Source: Macrostomum lignano
Taxonomy: Eukaryota
Reading direction: 5' to 3'
Length of the DNA stretch: 64,000 nucleotides
Assembly: GCA_002269645.1 (NCBI GenBank)
Contig: NIVC01002002.1
Span: 1 to 64,000, forward strand
This document shows, piece by piece, positions 25,527-43,944 of the stretch. Below the pieces are notes generated by a model. That model did no database searches. It saw only the letters and a list, made by a program, of their open reading frames with translations, and was not told where the DNA came from. How positions within the stretch are numbered: the first letter of the stretch is position 1; each line of letters opens with the position of its first letter. The translations under genes and the position numbers were made by a program.

Positions 25527-27408
25527 TATGCATTTTGTTTTGTGTCCACTGTGACTTGTAGGAGACAGCTTTGTGTCTGAGAGGTGACTTGTAGGAGATA
25601 GCTTTGTGTCTGAGAGGTGACTTGTAGGAGACAGCTTTGTGTCCATTGTGACTTGTAGGAGACAGCTTTGTGTCTGAGAGGTGACTTGTAGGAGACAGCT
25701 TTGTGTCTGAGAGGTGACTTGTAGGAGATAGCTTTGTGTCCATTGTGACTTGTAGGAGACAGCTTTGTGTCTGAGAGGTGACTTGTAGGAGACAGCTTTG
25801 TGTCTGAGAGGTGACTTGTAGGAGACAGCTTTGTGTCTGAGAGGTGACTTGTAGGAGACAGCTTTGTGTCTGAGAGGTGACTTGTAGGAGACAGCTTTGT
25901 GTCCATTGTGACTTGTAGGAGACAGCTTTGTGTCTGAGAGGTGACTTGTAGGAGACAGCTTTGTGTCCATTGTGACTTGTAGGAGACAGCTTTGTGTCTG
26001 AGAGGTGACTTGTAGGAGACAGCTTTGTGTCTGAGAGGTGACTTGTAGGAGATAGCTTTGTGTCTGAGAGGTGACTTGTAGGAGACAGCTTTGTGTCTGA
26101 GAGGTGACTTGTAGGAGACAGCTTTGTGTCTGAGAGGTGACTTGTAGGAGATAGCTTTGTGTCTGAGAGGTGACTTGTAGGAGATAGCTTTGTGTCTGAG
26201 AGGTGACTTGTAGGAGACAGCTTTGTGTCCACTGTGACTTGTAGGAGACAGCTTTGTGTCCAGTGTGACTTGTAGGAGACAGCTTTGTGTCTGAGAGGTA
26301 ACTTGTAGGAGACAGCTTTGTGTCTGAGAGGTGACTTGTAGGAGACAGCTTTGTGTCTGAGAGGTGACTTGTAGGAGACAGCTTTGTGTCTGAGAGGTGA
26401 CTTGTAGGAGACAGCTTTGTGTCTGAGAGGTGACTTGTAGGAGACAGCTTTGTGTCCAGTGTGACTTGTAGGAGACAGCTTTGTGTCTGAGAGGTGACTT
26501 GTAGGAGACAGCTTTGTGTCTGAGAGGTGACTTGTAGGAGACAGCTTTGTGTCTGAGAGGTGACTTGTAGGAGACAGCTTTGTGTCTGAGAGGTGACTTG
26601 TAGGAGATAGCTTTGTGTCTGAGAGGTGACTTGTAGGAGATAGCTTTGTGTCTGAGAGGTGACTTGTAGGAGACAGCTTTGTGTCCACTGTGACTTGTAG
26701 GAGACAGCTTTGTGTCCAGTGTGACTTGTAGGAGACAGCTTTGTGTCTGAGAGGTAACTTGTAGGAGACAGCTTTGTGTCTGAGAGGTGACTTGTAGGAG
26801 ACAGCTTTGTGTCTGAGAGGTGACTTGTAGGAGACAGCTTTGTGTCTGAGAGGTAACTTGTAGGAGACAGCTTTGTGTCTGAGAGGTGACTTGTAGGAGA
26901 CAGCTTTGTGTCCAGTGTGACTTGTAGGAGACAGCTTTGTGTCTGAGAGGTGACTTGTAGGAGACAGCTTTGTGTCTGAGAGGTGACTTGTAGGAGACAG
27001 CTTTGTGTCTGAGAGGTGACTTGTAGGAGACAGCTTTGTGTCTGAGAGGTGACTTGTAGGAGATAGCTTTGTGTCTGAGAGGTGACTTGTAGGAGATAGC
27101 TTTGTGTCTGAGAGGTGACTTGTAGGAGACAGCTTTGTGTCCACTGTGACTTGTAGGAGACAGCTTTGTGTCCAGTGTGACTTGTAGGAGACAGCTTTGT
27201 GTCTGAGAGGTAACTTGTAGGAGACAGCTTTGTGTCTGAGAGGTGACTTGTAGGAGACAGCTTTGTGTCTGAGAGGTGACTTGTAGGAGACAGCTTTGTG
27301 TCTGAGAGGTGACTTGTAGGAGACAGCTTTGTGTCTGAGAGGTGACTTGTAGGAGACAGCTTTGTGTCCAGTGTGACTTGTAGGAGACAGCTTTGTGTCC
27401 AGCGTGAC
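25527..27408. repeat. 33/31-bp minisatellite with a 456-bp higher-order repeat
   Basis: Units GTGACTTGTAGGAGACAGCTTTGTGTCTGAGAG (33 bp) and ...GTCCA(C/G/T)T (31 bp). The marker CCACTG recurs at 26229, 26685 and 27141. Confidence 0.97.
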
Positions 27409-27947
27409 TCACTCAGCAGCTATTTGTCCAAGATAATGCATTACCATGCCAGTTAAAATTATTACCAATTTTGTGTGGTGTTAATTGTTGTATCTCCAAG
27501 TCTTTCAACTATTTTAGTTTTAATTATCAATTTCACAATAATAAATTGGTACGGTAACAGTAGCAAATTTTTTGTTTCAGTTTTTTGTATTGACTTTGTA
27601 CAGATTATTAGTCCCATGTTATGATTGCTATGTTGCTTGTGGTCGCTTTAACTTGCTTGAATACTTATTTGCGTTTTGTCGTTAAAAGTTGATGCAACCA
27701 TTATTTCTTGTAATTATAATTTTTCATTCAGAGTTTAAATCTTTGTTTCTTCGTATAATACTTAGCTCTATTAATTGATTAAATCAATAAACATGTCAGT
27801 TTGGGCGTGTACAGACGAAATTCATATTTATATGTTCTTTAAATATGCTGTGAGCAACTTTAATAATGTAGTTTTCCTTTTCTTGTTGATGACTGTGTAC
27901 TGCGTGCAGTGCATGTATGTGTGTGGGCCAGTATTTGGTAATTATCT

Positions 27948-27982
<35 letters not shown>

Positions 27983-28000
27983 GGACAGAAACACAGACAG

Positions 28001-28046
<46 letters not shown>

Positions 28047-28156
28047 GGACAGAAACACAGACAGACAGACAGACACACAGACAGAAACACAGACAGACAG
28101 ACAGACAGACAGACGGACAGAAACACAGACAGACAGACAGACAGACGGACAGAAAC

Positions 28157-28195
<39 letters not shown>

Positions 28196-28208
28196 CACAG
28201 ACAGAAAC

Positions 28209-28246
<38 letters not shown>

Positions 28247-28345
28247 GGACAGAAACACAGACAGACAGACAGACAGACGGACAGAAACACAGACAGACAG
28301 ACAGACACACAGACAGAAACACAAACAGACAGACACACAGACAGA
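27948..28345. repeat. (CAGA)n compound microsatellite
   Basis: CAGA repeats with CGGA/AACA/CACA interruptions. Confidence 0.97.
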
Positions 28346-28692
28346 CATCGTTGAACCGTTGAACATCTTGGACAAATAATCGAAATTTAGTAGCAAAGCT
28401 ATATTAGTGCATCATTTCAACAACACGTTTTGTACTATTACTGTCCTCAGCAGTCTTTCCTTATTTCGGGACTTGCGCTCGCCTCGAAGTTGAGCCAAAA
28501 AAAGGTTTCGATTTCAAACTCTGGTTGCAGAGACGGTTGACGCGTTTTAGTGTCAGTTAACTTTAAATTTCAAGTTAGTATCGGCACGTAACTACGGATA
28601 CAAGTTCTCTTTAGCTGCTTTAGTAGCAAGTAGAATAGCTCTTATTCTTGTCCCGGCGCTCTCAATCTTGACTCAGAGGCCCAACATTAGCT

Positions 28693-28815
28693 CCCTTCCT
28701 CCCTCCCATCCCTCCTTCCTTCCTTCCTTCCTTCCTTCCTTCCTTCCTTCCTTCCTTCCTTCCTTCCTCCCTTTCCTCATTCCCTCCTCCTTCCCTCCTT
28801 CCTTTCTTCCTCCAA
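28693..28815. repeat. (CCTT)n microsatellite
   Basis: Direct inspection. Confidence 0.92.
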
Positions 28816-29126
28816 TCTTTCCGTTTTTCCTTCCTTTTGAGTGAAAAACGATCTAAAGTCAAGGACTAAACACTGCTCATCGCAAGTAAAGTTCTCAGAG
28901 CCTTGGGTTAGAAATGGCCGAAAAAGGCTTAAGTGAGAGTATTGATGGCCGTAAACAACCGCTTGGTCGTAAATTCCTTCTAATTTACTTTTTACCTATT
29001 AGTTGAAATAAAACGGCTCGAATACTTGTATAGACTACTAGTAGTAGTTCTCTCAAAAATAGACTAGCTATACTACTTTAGTAAGCGGAAACGAAAGCAC
29101 ACGGACAGAAGCGAGTTGCCGGTCGG

Positions 29127-34368
<5,242 letters not shown>

Positions 34369-34582
34369 GTGTAGTGCGCGGTTCCGCTTGCAAAGTTGAC
34401 AGCTCCAGATGCGTCATCAGAGAATTGAAGCGAATGTATGCAAAATGGATAAAGTGGCTTTCAAGGACAACGAATCGGACGAGAGATGTCCTTGGCTATC
34501 GCATTTGCATTGTCTAGAGCTGCTAGGCGGATGCTAGGCGGATAAAACATTCGTTTTTCCCGTCGTTTCAAGTGACTCTGGA

Positions 34583-35066
34583 GGGACTGAGAAGCCACTG
34601 ACCAGAGTCTTTAAAGCCGCTGAGAAGCCACTATCAAGAGACTTTAAAGGGACTGAGAAGCCACTGACCAGAGACTTTAAAGGAACTAAGAAGCCACTGA
34701 CAAGAGTCTTTAAAGCCGCTGAGAAGCCACTGACAAGAGACTTTAAAGGGACTGAGAAGCCACTGACCAGAGACTTTAAAGGAACTAAGAAGCCACTGAC
34801 AAGAGTCTTTAAAGCCGCTGAGAAGCCACTGACAAGAGACTTTAAAGGGACTGAGAAGCCACTGACAAGAGACTTTAAAGGGACTGAGAAGCCACTGACC
34901 AGAGACTTTAAAGGAACTAAGAAGCCACTGACAAGAGACTTTAAAGGGACTGAGAAGCCACTGACCAGAGACTTTAAAGCCGCTGAGAAGCCACTGACAA
35001 GAGTCTTTAAAGCGGCTGAGAAGCCACTGACAAGAGACTTTAAAGGGACTGAGAAGCCACTGACAA
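34583..35066. repeat. 33-bp minisatellite (GAGAAGCCACTGACAAGAGACTTTAAAGGGACT)
   Basis: About 14 tandem units. Confidence 0.95.
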
Positions 35067-35236
35067 AATCTGCACAATGACTAAATTATGCAGGCGTGCC
35101 TTGAAAGTGCTTTTGTTAACAAACGCAATGTTAAACGGCAATATTAATATATTTTAGTTAATTTCAGATATAGAGTTTTTTACTATAAGCCAGTTTTAAC
35201 TGCGTCATATTGTTCTGTTCGCTCGAAGTCCAACAG

Positions 35237-36508
35237 TCAAGCGTCATCTTCAATTTCGTCATGGATGTCGTTCTGACCGCAATCTCCGCAGCTGTACAGA
35301 CTCATCGCTTCGTGGGTCTCTGCAACAGCCGCCGCAGCCGGCGCCGCGGCGCCTCGAGCTGCCTCTCCAGCTGCCACCAGAGCCGCATCCGGCCGTCGGG
35401 TGGTTGCCTGTCTCACCTTCTCAGCCAGCTTGTCGAGGCCGAATACCTCCTTGAAGGTGTCCCTGAACTGCTTGCTCATGAAGCAGTAGAGGACAAAGTT
35501 GACCGTGTTATTCACCAGGCCAAGCGTGTTGAGGATGCCGTGAAAGGCTTTGTAGAAGCAGATCACGGCGCTGAGCTCCAGAGCGGGGTCAGACAGGATC
35601 AGCAGCAGGCCCATGGGGATCTCGTAGAGGCTGTACAGCAGCATGATGATCAACAGGAAGCTGGTTGTTCGGTGGTGATCGCGCGAGCGTCGCTCCTTCC
35701 TGCGACTGCCGCTGTCGCCGCCGCCGCCGCCGCCGCCGCCGCAGCTCCCGCTCGCCGATTTCTGGCCGCTGTTTCGATTCGGATTCGCTAGAGACTCGCG
35801 TCGTTTCTCCGTCTGGCGCAGGCTGCGAATGATGCACAGGCAGAAGGCCGTCATGATGAGGCAGGGCACCAGCTTCTGTGCTATGCTGCTGAACATTCGC
35901 ACCTTGAACTCGTACTCATCCAGCATGGCCGGTTCGTAGTGAACTGCCGCCGCTAGCGGCTGCTGCTGCTGCGTGGCGTTGCCGCTGCCACCTGCCGCCA
36001 AAAATTGTGCGTCGGCTGTCCGGCGCTCGATGACGCGCAGAACGCTGGCGTAGGGCGCCACGGCGCCGATGTTGGCCAGGAAGGCCAGGCAGACGGCCAG
36101 GCGGGCGCGGGCCAGGCTGAACCACACCTTGGTGCTGGGCGAGGCGTAGTAGCGCAGGTAGAAGAAGCGGAACAGAGCCAGCAGGACGCCGCACCACAGG
36201 GCGAAGGCGTGCATGAGGAACATGGCCACGTTGCAGAACAGGTAGATCACCTGCCTGCCGTAGGATGTCACGGGCGGAGGGGCCGCCGTGATGAGCAGGA
36301 ACATGGACACTTTGCAGATATCGCTGACGGCAATGGCCAGCAGAATTGAGTTGGTTGGCGAGACCATTTTGCGCTTGCTGAATATGGCGATGTTGCAGGC
36401 GTTGAGCAGCAGAGACAGGGCTGAGATGCCGCTCAGCAGCGGCGTGCTCACTCGATCGTACTGGGCGCTGATTGCGCTGATGGCGCTGTTGTTGCAACTG
36501 CCCAACAT
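35237..36508 (-). CDS. Intronless neuropeptide GPCR, myosuppressin receptor (DmsR)/Srw family-like, about 423 aa
   Basis: KRKMVSPTNSILLAIAVSD (TM1-2), LALFRF (TM3 end), HRTTSFLLIIMLLYSLYEIPMGLL (TM6) and VNNTVNFVLYCFMSKQFRDTF (TM7) match the DmsR-type pattern. ATG at 36508. The 668-aa track ORF is extended artificially by the upstream (TATC)n. Confidence 0.9.
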   Translation of the reverse strand: MLGSCNNSAISAISAQYDRVSTPLLSGISALSLLLNACNIAIFSKRKMVSPTNSILLAIAVSDICKVSMFLLITAAPPPVTSYGRQVIYLFCNVAMFLMHAFALWCGVLLALFRFFYLRYYASPSTKVWFSLARARLAVCLAFLANIGAVAPYASVLRVIERRTADAQFLAAGGSGNATQQQQPLAAAVHYEPAMLDEYEFKVRMFSSIAQKLVPCLIMTAFCLCIIRSLRQTEKRRESLANPNRNSGQKSASGSCGGGGGGGGDSGSRRKERRSRDHHRTTSFLLIIMLLYSLYEIPMGLLLILSDPALELSAVICFYKAFHGILNTLGLVNNTVNFVLYCFMSKQFRDTFKEVFGLDKLAEKVRQATTRRPDAALVAAGEAARGAAAPAAAAVAETHEAMSLYSCGDCGQNDIHDEIEDDA

Positions 36509-36615
36509 TGCCACTGGTTTATTGGACTGCTGCCGCCTGAAAGGGAAATTGGATTTGACTTGGTGGCATTGCAGAAGCCTAAAGACCAGCCCGGGGGCGG
36601 GGGCGGAACAGCTCG

Positions 36616-37239
<624 letters not shown>

Positions 37240-37980
37240 TCAACTCAGCCCATCACGTGGAGGAGGAGAAATATGAGGAGCTCTTCTCAGCGCAGGCCAG
37301 AAGCCCAGCAGGCAGAGTAGGCATCTCGATGCTGCTTCTCGTGACCCAATCGAAAATTGGCCTGCCCAGAAACTAATAATGAGGACAAGTCATTGAGAAT
37401 CATGATGATGAGCTGAGCCGGCTTCCATTCCAACACTGCTATGCCTATCCCATTCAATCGAATATCAATGTAATATGGATCCAGCTCACTAGCACACCGT
37501 TGTACTCTTACTGAGCATTCATTTTCTCATTAATGTTCTCAGAAATTCACGTCAGCATTACGGGACCTCGTACTGCAGCGACTGCTATTCTCAGGCCTAC
37601 CTACTAAACTCACTGTTTCCACCTACGTGCTCGTGAAGCTTAAAGGTGTCCGGTAGATTTATGACATTCTGAATTCCTAGCTACGTAGAAAGCATTTTTT
37701 TCGCATGAATGAAGCTGCACTGCCAGTCTGCAGACTCGTTCGTATTCTTTGAAATCAGCACTTGCTTCCTTAACAACCAGCTAGTTTTGGTGCACTTTTC
37801 AAGTTCGAATTGACTGTGAGCCCACGCCCCATTTAGCCAGCCAGTCCTGAGCCGTTGCTTCACCATCTGCAATTTTACAAATTCATCTGATGCTTTCTTG
37901 ACATTTTCAGATTCAATTTGCTTTCTCACTCTATTAGTGAGGCATTCACTCACACAGTCTGCTTAGCCACGCAGTCAGTC

Positions 37981-38245
37981 ATCGGAGATAGAGGGTTTGA
38001 AGAGGGGATCGGAGAGGGGATCGGTGAGGGGATCGGAGAGGGGATCGGAGAGAGGATCGGTGAGGGGATCGGAGAGGGGATCGGAAAGGGGATCGGTGAG
38101 GGGATCGGAGAGGGAATCGGAGAGGGGATCGGAGAGGGGATCGGAGAGGGGATCGGAGAGGGGATCGGAGAGGGAATCGGAGAGGGGATCGAAGAGGGTT
38201 TGAAGAGGGGATCGGAGAGGGGATCGGAGAGGAGATCGGAGAAGT
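37981..38245. repeat. 12-bp minisatellite (GGGGATCGGAGA)
   Basis: Direct inspection. Confidence 0.93.
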
Positions 38246-38924
38246 GATCATGGATGGAATAGCAGTTGGGAAAAGCGATGGGGTGGGTAATGAAATCTTA
38301 AAAGGGATCTGAGGGGAGATAAGAAAGGAAGTTCGAGGGTTTCAGAGAGAGGATTTTATCGTGGGAACGCTTTGCAGAATGCAGAAGATGTCTTATTAGA
38401 TTTTATTCTTCTATTGTTATTTCCAGCCACCTTTAACTCTGGGTGAAGCATAGACAGAAATTCACAGTGAGTGAAACACTACATGTAAATAATACAAGCA
38501 TAGGGTTGGATGTGACAGTTTTCTTGAAAGACATTTACAAATACTAAAGAAAAATGTTGCACTTTCTATTCAGAATTTCTTTTTAACCCAAGCTATTTAG
38601 AAACTGTTCTGCGCAGCTTACCGCGGGCTTGATGAAGCGCACCTGCAGTTGTTTGCAAGATCTTTCGTCTCACAACGGCTGGGAATCTGGCGGGCCTGTG
38701 AGAAACTCGCCAAATTCCTTTATGGCATGGCTCAGGTGAGGTAGCTAAATTCTGGGCACAGATATCCCACGCATATTATCCCAACTTTTTCCTCAACCAA
38801 TCGGAGTGAACCCGTTTGAAGGATTTGATCCTGAGACACGGCTCTCCGGTCTAGACGAATGGGATCCGGGCTGCGGGAGTGAGTGAGTCTGCTTTAGTTA
38901 TTTGTGAAACCGTGATTGGGGCAT

Positions 38925-39560
38925 CATTATGTGAGTGAACAGCTGTGTGTGACTGAAAGAATTGTGAGTGAATAGTAGTGTGTGACTGGGAGACTTATGA
39001 GTGAATAGTAATGTGTGAATGAGAGAATCGTGAGTGAACAGCTGTGTGTGACTAAAAGAATTGTGAGTGAATAGTAATGCGTGACTGGGAGACTTATGAG
39101 TGAATAGTAATGTGTGGATGAGAGAATTGTGAGTGAATAGTAGTGTGTGAATTGTGAGTGAATAATAGTGTGTGAATGAGAGAATTGTGGGTGAATAGTA
39201 ATGTGTGAATTGTGAGTGAATAATAGTGTGTGAATGAGAGAATTGTGGGTGAATAGTAATGTGTGAATGAGAGAATTGTGAGTGAACAGCTGTGTGTGAC
39301 TGAGAGAATTGTGAGTGAATAGTAATGTGTGAATGAGAGAATTGTGAGTGAACAGCTGTGTGTGACTGAGAGAATTTTGAGTGAATAGTAATGAGTGAAT
39401 GAGAGAATTGTGAGTGAATAGTAGTGTGTGAATTGTGAGTGAATAATAGTGTGTGAATGAGAGAATTGTGGGTGAATAGTAATGTGTGAATTGTGAGTGA
39501 ATAATAGTGTGTGAATGAGAGAATTGTGGGTGAATAGTAATGTGTGAATTGTGAGTGAAT
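38925..39560. repeat. 33/25-bp minisatellite (GTGTGAATGAGAGAATTGTGAGTGAATAGTAAT)
   Basis: Direct inspection. Confidence 0.9.
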
Positions 39561-40313
39561 GAGTCGCATAGGCAGCCAAATTACGAAGCAAACCCCATGT
39601 CAAAAAGCATCTTTCTGTTTCGGTGAATTTCGGCACACACAAATCTTGCCTGTGCGCAATATCAGAAGTTGGCAGAATTTGCGAACTCCAGCATTGCCCG
39701 AGTCCACAGATACCTGGATTAATCTCAGTTGCGCAGTTCGGCGGAGCAACTCGCGTCACACCTGCCTGAGGGTCGCTAATTAATTCAGCGCTCAGTCACC
39801 TGATTGTATTTTTGTGTCAGGCCGATTAAATTAATCCAATGCTGCGGCAGATTCTTTCGGGTGAAACTGAAAATTTTAATTGGAGGAGAAAGAGAGCGAA
39901 CCAATTAATCGCGCAACTGCGGTCGGAACTCCCATCCCGTGGGAAAAATCTGTCAGGCCCATCTCTCACCTGCAACTGGGGAGCGGGGAAGCCTCGCGCG
40001 CGGGGCAGGTCCCGATCCCTTGCGCCTCATTTCCGGAGAGGAAGCTTGTACAGCTTCTTCCCCTGATCGCTTTTCCCAATAAAATCCATAGCCATATCTT
40101 CGCTACGTCACCCGGGGCGGTTGCAAAAAAGCGCGTGATGATCTTTCCTCTCGGCGCTTCTGCCACTTTGTCAGCCTCTTCCGTCCCAGCAACGAAACTC
40201 AAAAAAATAATTATCCTCATGGCAACCTGCGGGGTTGCATTCATCCTTTGTCCTCTTCGTTAGTGCACGACTTGGGTACCTGAACCTGGCAGCGCTCGTT
40301 TCTGTGGGATTTC

Positions 40314-40750
40314 CGATATCTATCCGATGTCTATCTAATATCTATCCGATATCTATTCAATATCTATCCGATATCTATTCAATATCTATCCGATATCTAT
40401 TCAATATCTATCCGATATCTATTCAATATCTATCCGATATCTATCCAGTGTCTATCCGATATCTATCCGATATCTATCCGATATCTATCCAGTGTCTATC
40501 CGATGTCTATTCAATATCTATTCAATATCTATCCGATGTCTATCCAGTGTCTATCCGATATCTATCCGATATCTATCCGATATCTATCCAGTGTCTATCC
40601 GATGTCTATCCGATATTTATTCGATATCTATCCAATATCTATCCGATATCTATTTCAATATCTATCCGATATCTATTCAATATCCATCCGATATCTATCC
40701 AATATCTATCCGATATCTATTCAATATCCATCCGATATCTATCCGATGTG
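40314..40750. repeat. 11-bp minisatellite (ATATCTATCCG / ATATCTATTCA)
   Basis: Direct inspection. Confidence 0.92.
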
Positions 40751-40758
40751 ATATAGTC

Positions 40759-41060
40759 GAAGTCTATCCGATATCTATCCTTACCTGATTGAGGTGATCT
40801 AGCAGAAGTCTATCCGATATCTATCCTTACCTGATTGAGGTGGTCTAGCAGAAGTCTATCCGACATCTATCCTTACCTGATTGAGGTGATCTAGCAGAAG
40901 TCTATCCGACATCTATCCTTACCTGATTGAGGTGATCTAGCAGAAGTCTATCCGACATCTATCCTTACCTGATTGAGGTGATCTAGCAGAAGTCTATCCG
41001 ATATCTATCCTTACCTGATTGAGGTGATCTAGCAGAAGTCTATCCGACATCTATCTTAAA
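40759..41060. repeat. 46-bp tandem repeat; each unit carries CAG|GTAAG on the minus strand
   Basis: TTACCTG at 40781, 40827, 40873, 40919, 40965 and 41011. Confidence 0.93.
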
Positions 41061-41629
41061 CTGATCTACCCTGCTACCCTTTGGGACATTTCTTAAGACT
41101 ATTGAAACCCATTCCATAAGCAAAGCTTCAACTTCTTCAATCAATCTGGGATTGCATGAAAATTTTTCGGGCAACTTTATTTTTTTATTCTGAGTAAACA
41201 GTGTTCGAGATCAAGTCTCAGTAGAATTAAAATAGAAAATGACAAATGATAGAAAGAGGAGGGAGATACAGAGGGGAGGGGAGAAAGGGAGGGGGATAGG
41301 GAGGTAAATGCAGAAGTAGAGAAGAGAGAAGGAGACAGCAATGGAAGATAAAGAGACAAAGCAAATGAGTACACATTTTTTTCAAAAACTCACCCTGCCA
41401 TAATATGTATGTATCCATAATTTACCATGTACAATAAATAATGTACCGGTTCAACTCTCCATAAGTGCCACTCTCAAAGCAGTCAACAATGCGCAAACAG
41501 ACTACTGCAAACCAGTAGTTCAGGCCGTTATTATCAGCTCACACCAAAGTTTTGCAAATAAAATAATACAAGTACAAGTTTTTTGAGTGAATCCGGTTTT
41601 CGAATCCCACCCAAGGTGACCCCGTTCTA

Positions 41630-42950
41630 CTAAAATCCCACCCTTACTACATCCCATCTTAGAATCCAACTCTAGAAGCTTTCATTTTAAAATTCCTAGA
41701 AAATCCAATATTAAAATCTCAACCCCAGTAGATCCCATCTTAGAATCCCAACCCAGTGGACCCCATCTTAAAACCTCACCCTAGAAGATCCCATCTTTGA
41801 ATCTTACCCTAGAAGATCCAATCTTAGTATCCCGCCGTAGAAAATCCCATCTTAGAATCCCATCCCAGTAGATCCCATTTCAGAATCCCGTCCTAGAAGA
41901 TCCCATCTTAGAGTCCCGCCCTAGAAGATCCCATCTTAGAGTCCCACCCTAGAAGATCCCATCTTAGAGTCCCGCCTTAGAAGATCCCATCTTAGAATCC
42001 TACTCCAGTAGATCCCATCTCAGAATCCAGTCCTAGTAGATCCCATCTCAGAATCCCGTCCTAGTAGATCCCATCTCAGAATCCCGTCCTAGAAGATCCC
42101 ATCTCAGAATCCCACCCTAGAAGAATCCATCTCAGAATCCCACCCTAGAAGAATCCATCTCAGAATCCCACCCTAGAAGAATCCCATCTCAGAATCCCGT
42201 CCTAGTAGATCCCATCTCAGAATCCCGTCCTAGAAGATCCCATCTCAGAATCCCACCCTAGAAGAATCCATCTCAGAATCCCACCCTAGAAGAATCCATC
42301 TCAGAATCCCACCCTAGAAGAATCCCATCTCAGAATCCTGTCCTAGTAGATCCCATCTCAGAATCCCGCCCTAGAAGATCCCATCTCAGAATCCCACCCT
42401 AGAAGAATCCATCTCAGAATCCCACCCCAGTAGATCCCATCTCAGAATCCAGTCCTAGTAGATCCCATCTCAGAATCCCGTCCTAGAAGATCCCATCTCA
42501 GAATCCCACCCTAGAAGAATCCATCTCAGAATCCCGTCCTAGAAGATCCCATCTCAGAATCCCACCCTAGAAGAATCCATCTCAGAATCCCACCCTAGAA
42601 GAATCCATTTCAGAATCCCACCCTAGAAGAATCCCATCTCAGAATCCCGTCCTAGTAGATCCCATCTCAGAATCCCGTCCTAGAAGATCCCATCTCAGAA
42701 TCCCACCCTAGAAGAATCCATCTCAGAATCCCACCCTAGAAGAATCCATCTCAGAATCCCACCCCAGTAGATCCCATCTCAGAATCCAGTCCTAGTAGAT
42801 CCCATCTCAGACCCCAGTCCTAGAAGAATCCATCTCAGAATCCCACCCTAGAAGATCCCATCTCAGAATCCCACCCTAGAAGATCTCATCTCAGAATCCC
42901 ACCCTAGAAGAATCCATCTCAGAATCCCACCCTAGAAGATCCCATTCAAC
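41630..42950. repeat. 27-28-bp minisatellite (CTAGAAGATCCCATCTCAGAATCCCACC)
   Basis: Homogeneous centre with degenerate edges. Confidence 0.95.
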
Positions 42951-43944
42951 AATCACCCGTTGAAGAATCCCACAGAACCGGCCCCGACGTCCCCACAAGC
43001 GGGATTCACTTACAGAAATCCAATCTGCAGTTGCTGGCAGTTGGACAGGATTTGAATTGGAACTCGAAGCTCGGCCTTGAAGCCAAACCGAGCAACCTAT
43101 GATATTACTGACTGCGGCGCACTGTGACCCAGCAATACCCACAGGCTACTTGGTTAGGCTATGAGAAGGCAAAAAACTGGCGCCTTCGATCCGCTTGCTA
43201 GGCTGAATTCAATTAATTACTCGGCGACTTTTTAGCTCAGAGTCACCATCGCGGTGCTCACTTTTATGCTCGCGTTTCTGAGGCGCGCACCCCGCCACAG
43301 GTGGGGTGGGTCGGCGACCGCTGGCAAGCCAACCAATAGCGAGATCAACTGACTGACTGACTGACTGTACCAAACAAATTGTGACCAGAAACTCTGTCAC
43401 AAAACGATTCTTACTAAGTCAACAAGCTCTTCATTTCGCGGTGCATTCCTGCCTGTTGTAATCTTGCGCCAATGCTCAAACAGAAATGTCAACAATATTT
43501 CTAGTCAGAACTCTGGGAACAGAGCCAGTGTAGGTTTTATCTAGGCTAATTCTCTACATTGTTTACCTACTCAACCCGGGGTCTTTCCTCTGGGCTGGCT
43601 AAGATGCTCGACCGGTGCAATGGGGTGGGTGAGACTCGTAATTGTTTGCTTAACAACTTAGCAAATTCATACTAAATGATTGTTGATGTCTCTTTAACTT
43701 TTTGCGCCGGCACAGTCGAAACCAAATAAGGCAGGCTGGGGGAGGCCTTTAGAGAGTCCCGGTTCGATCTAGGAAAAAGGTTACAATGCGGTCCGAGTGG
43801 AGGCTGCTAGCGGCAAAAAGTCAGGCAACTCGGCACCTACTCGCTAATGAAGCATATATCAGTTTGAATGCAGCAGTTTTAGAACTGAATCAATAACACT
43901 CGTTTATTCTTTGCTAATTTTATCGATTTAGCTTCAAAAGAGTG

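Noticed and set aside
25257-27412. Long ORFs of 237-628 aa, and similar ones at 31.5-32.7, 44.0-45.8, 59.4-60.4 and 61.2-62.3 kb
   Set aside because: They are translations of stop-free tandem repeats, often open in several frames or strands. Some lie inside introns of real genes.
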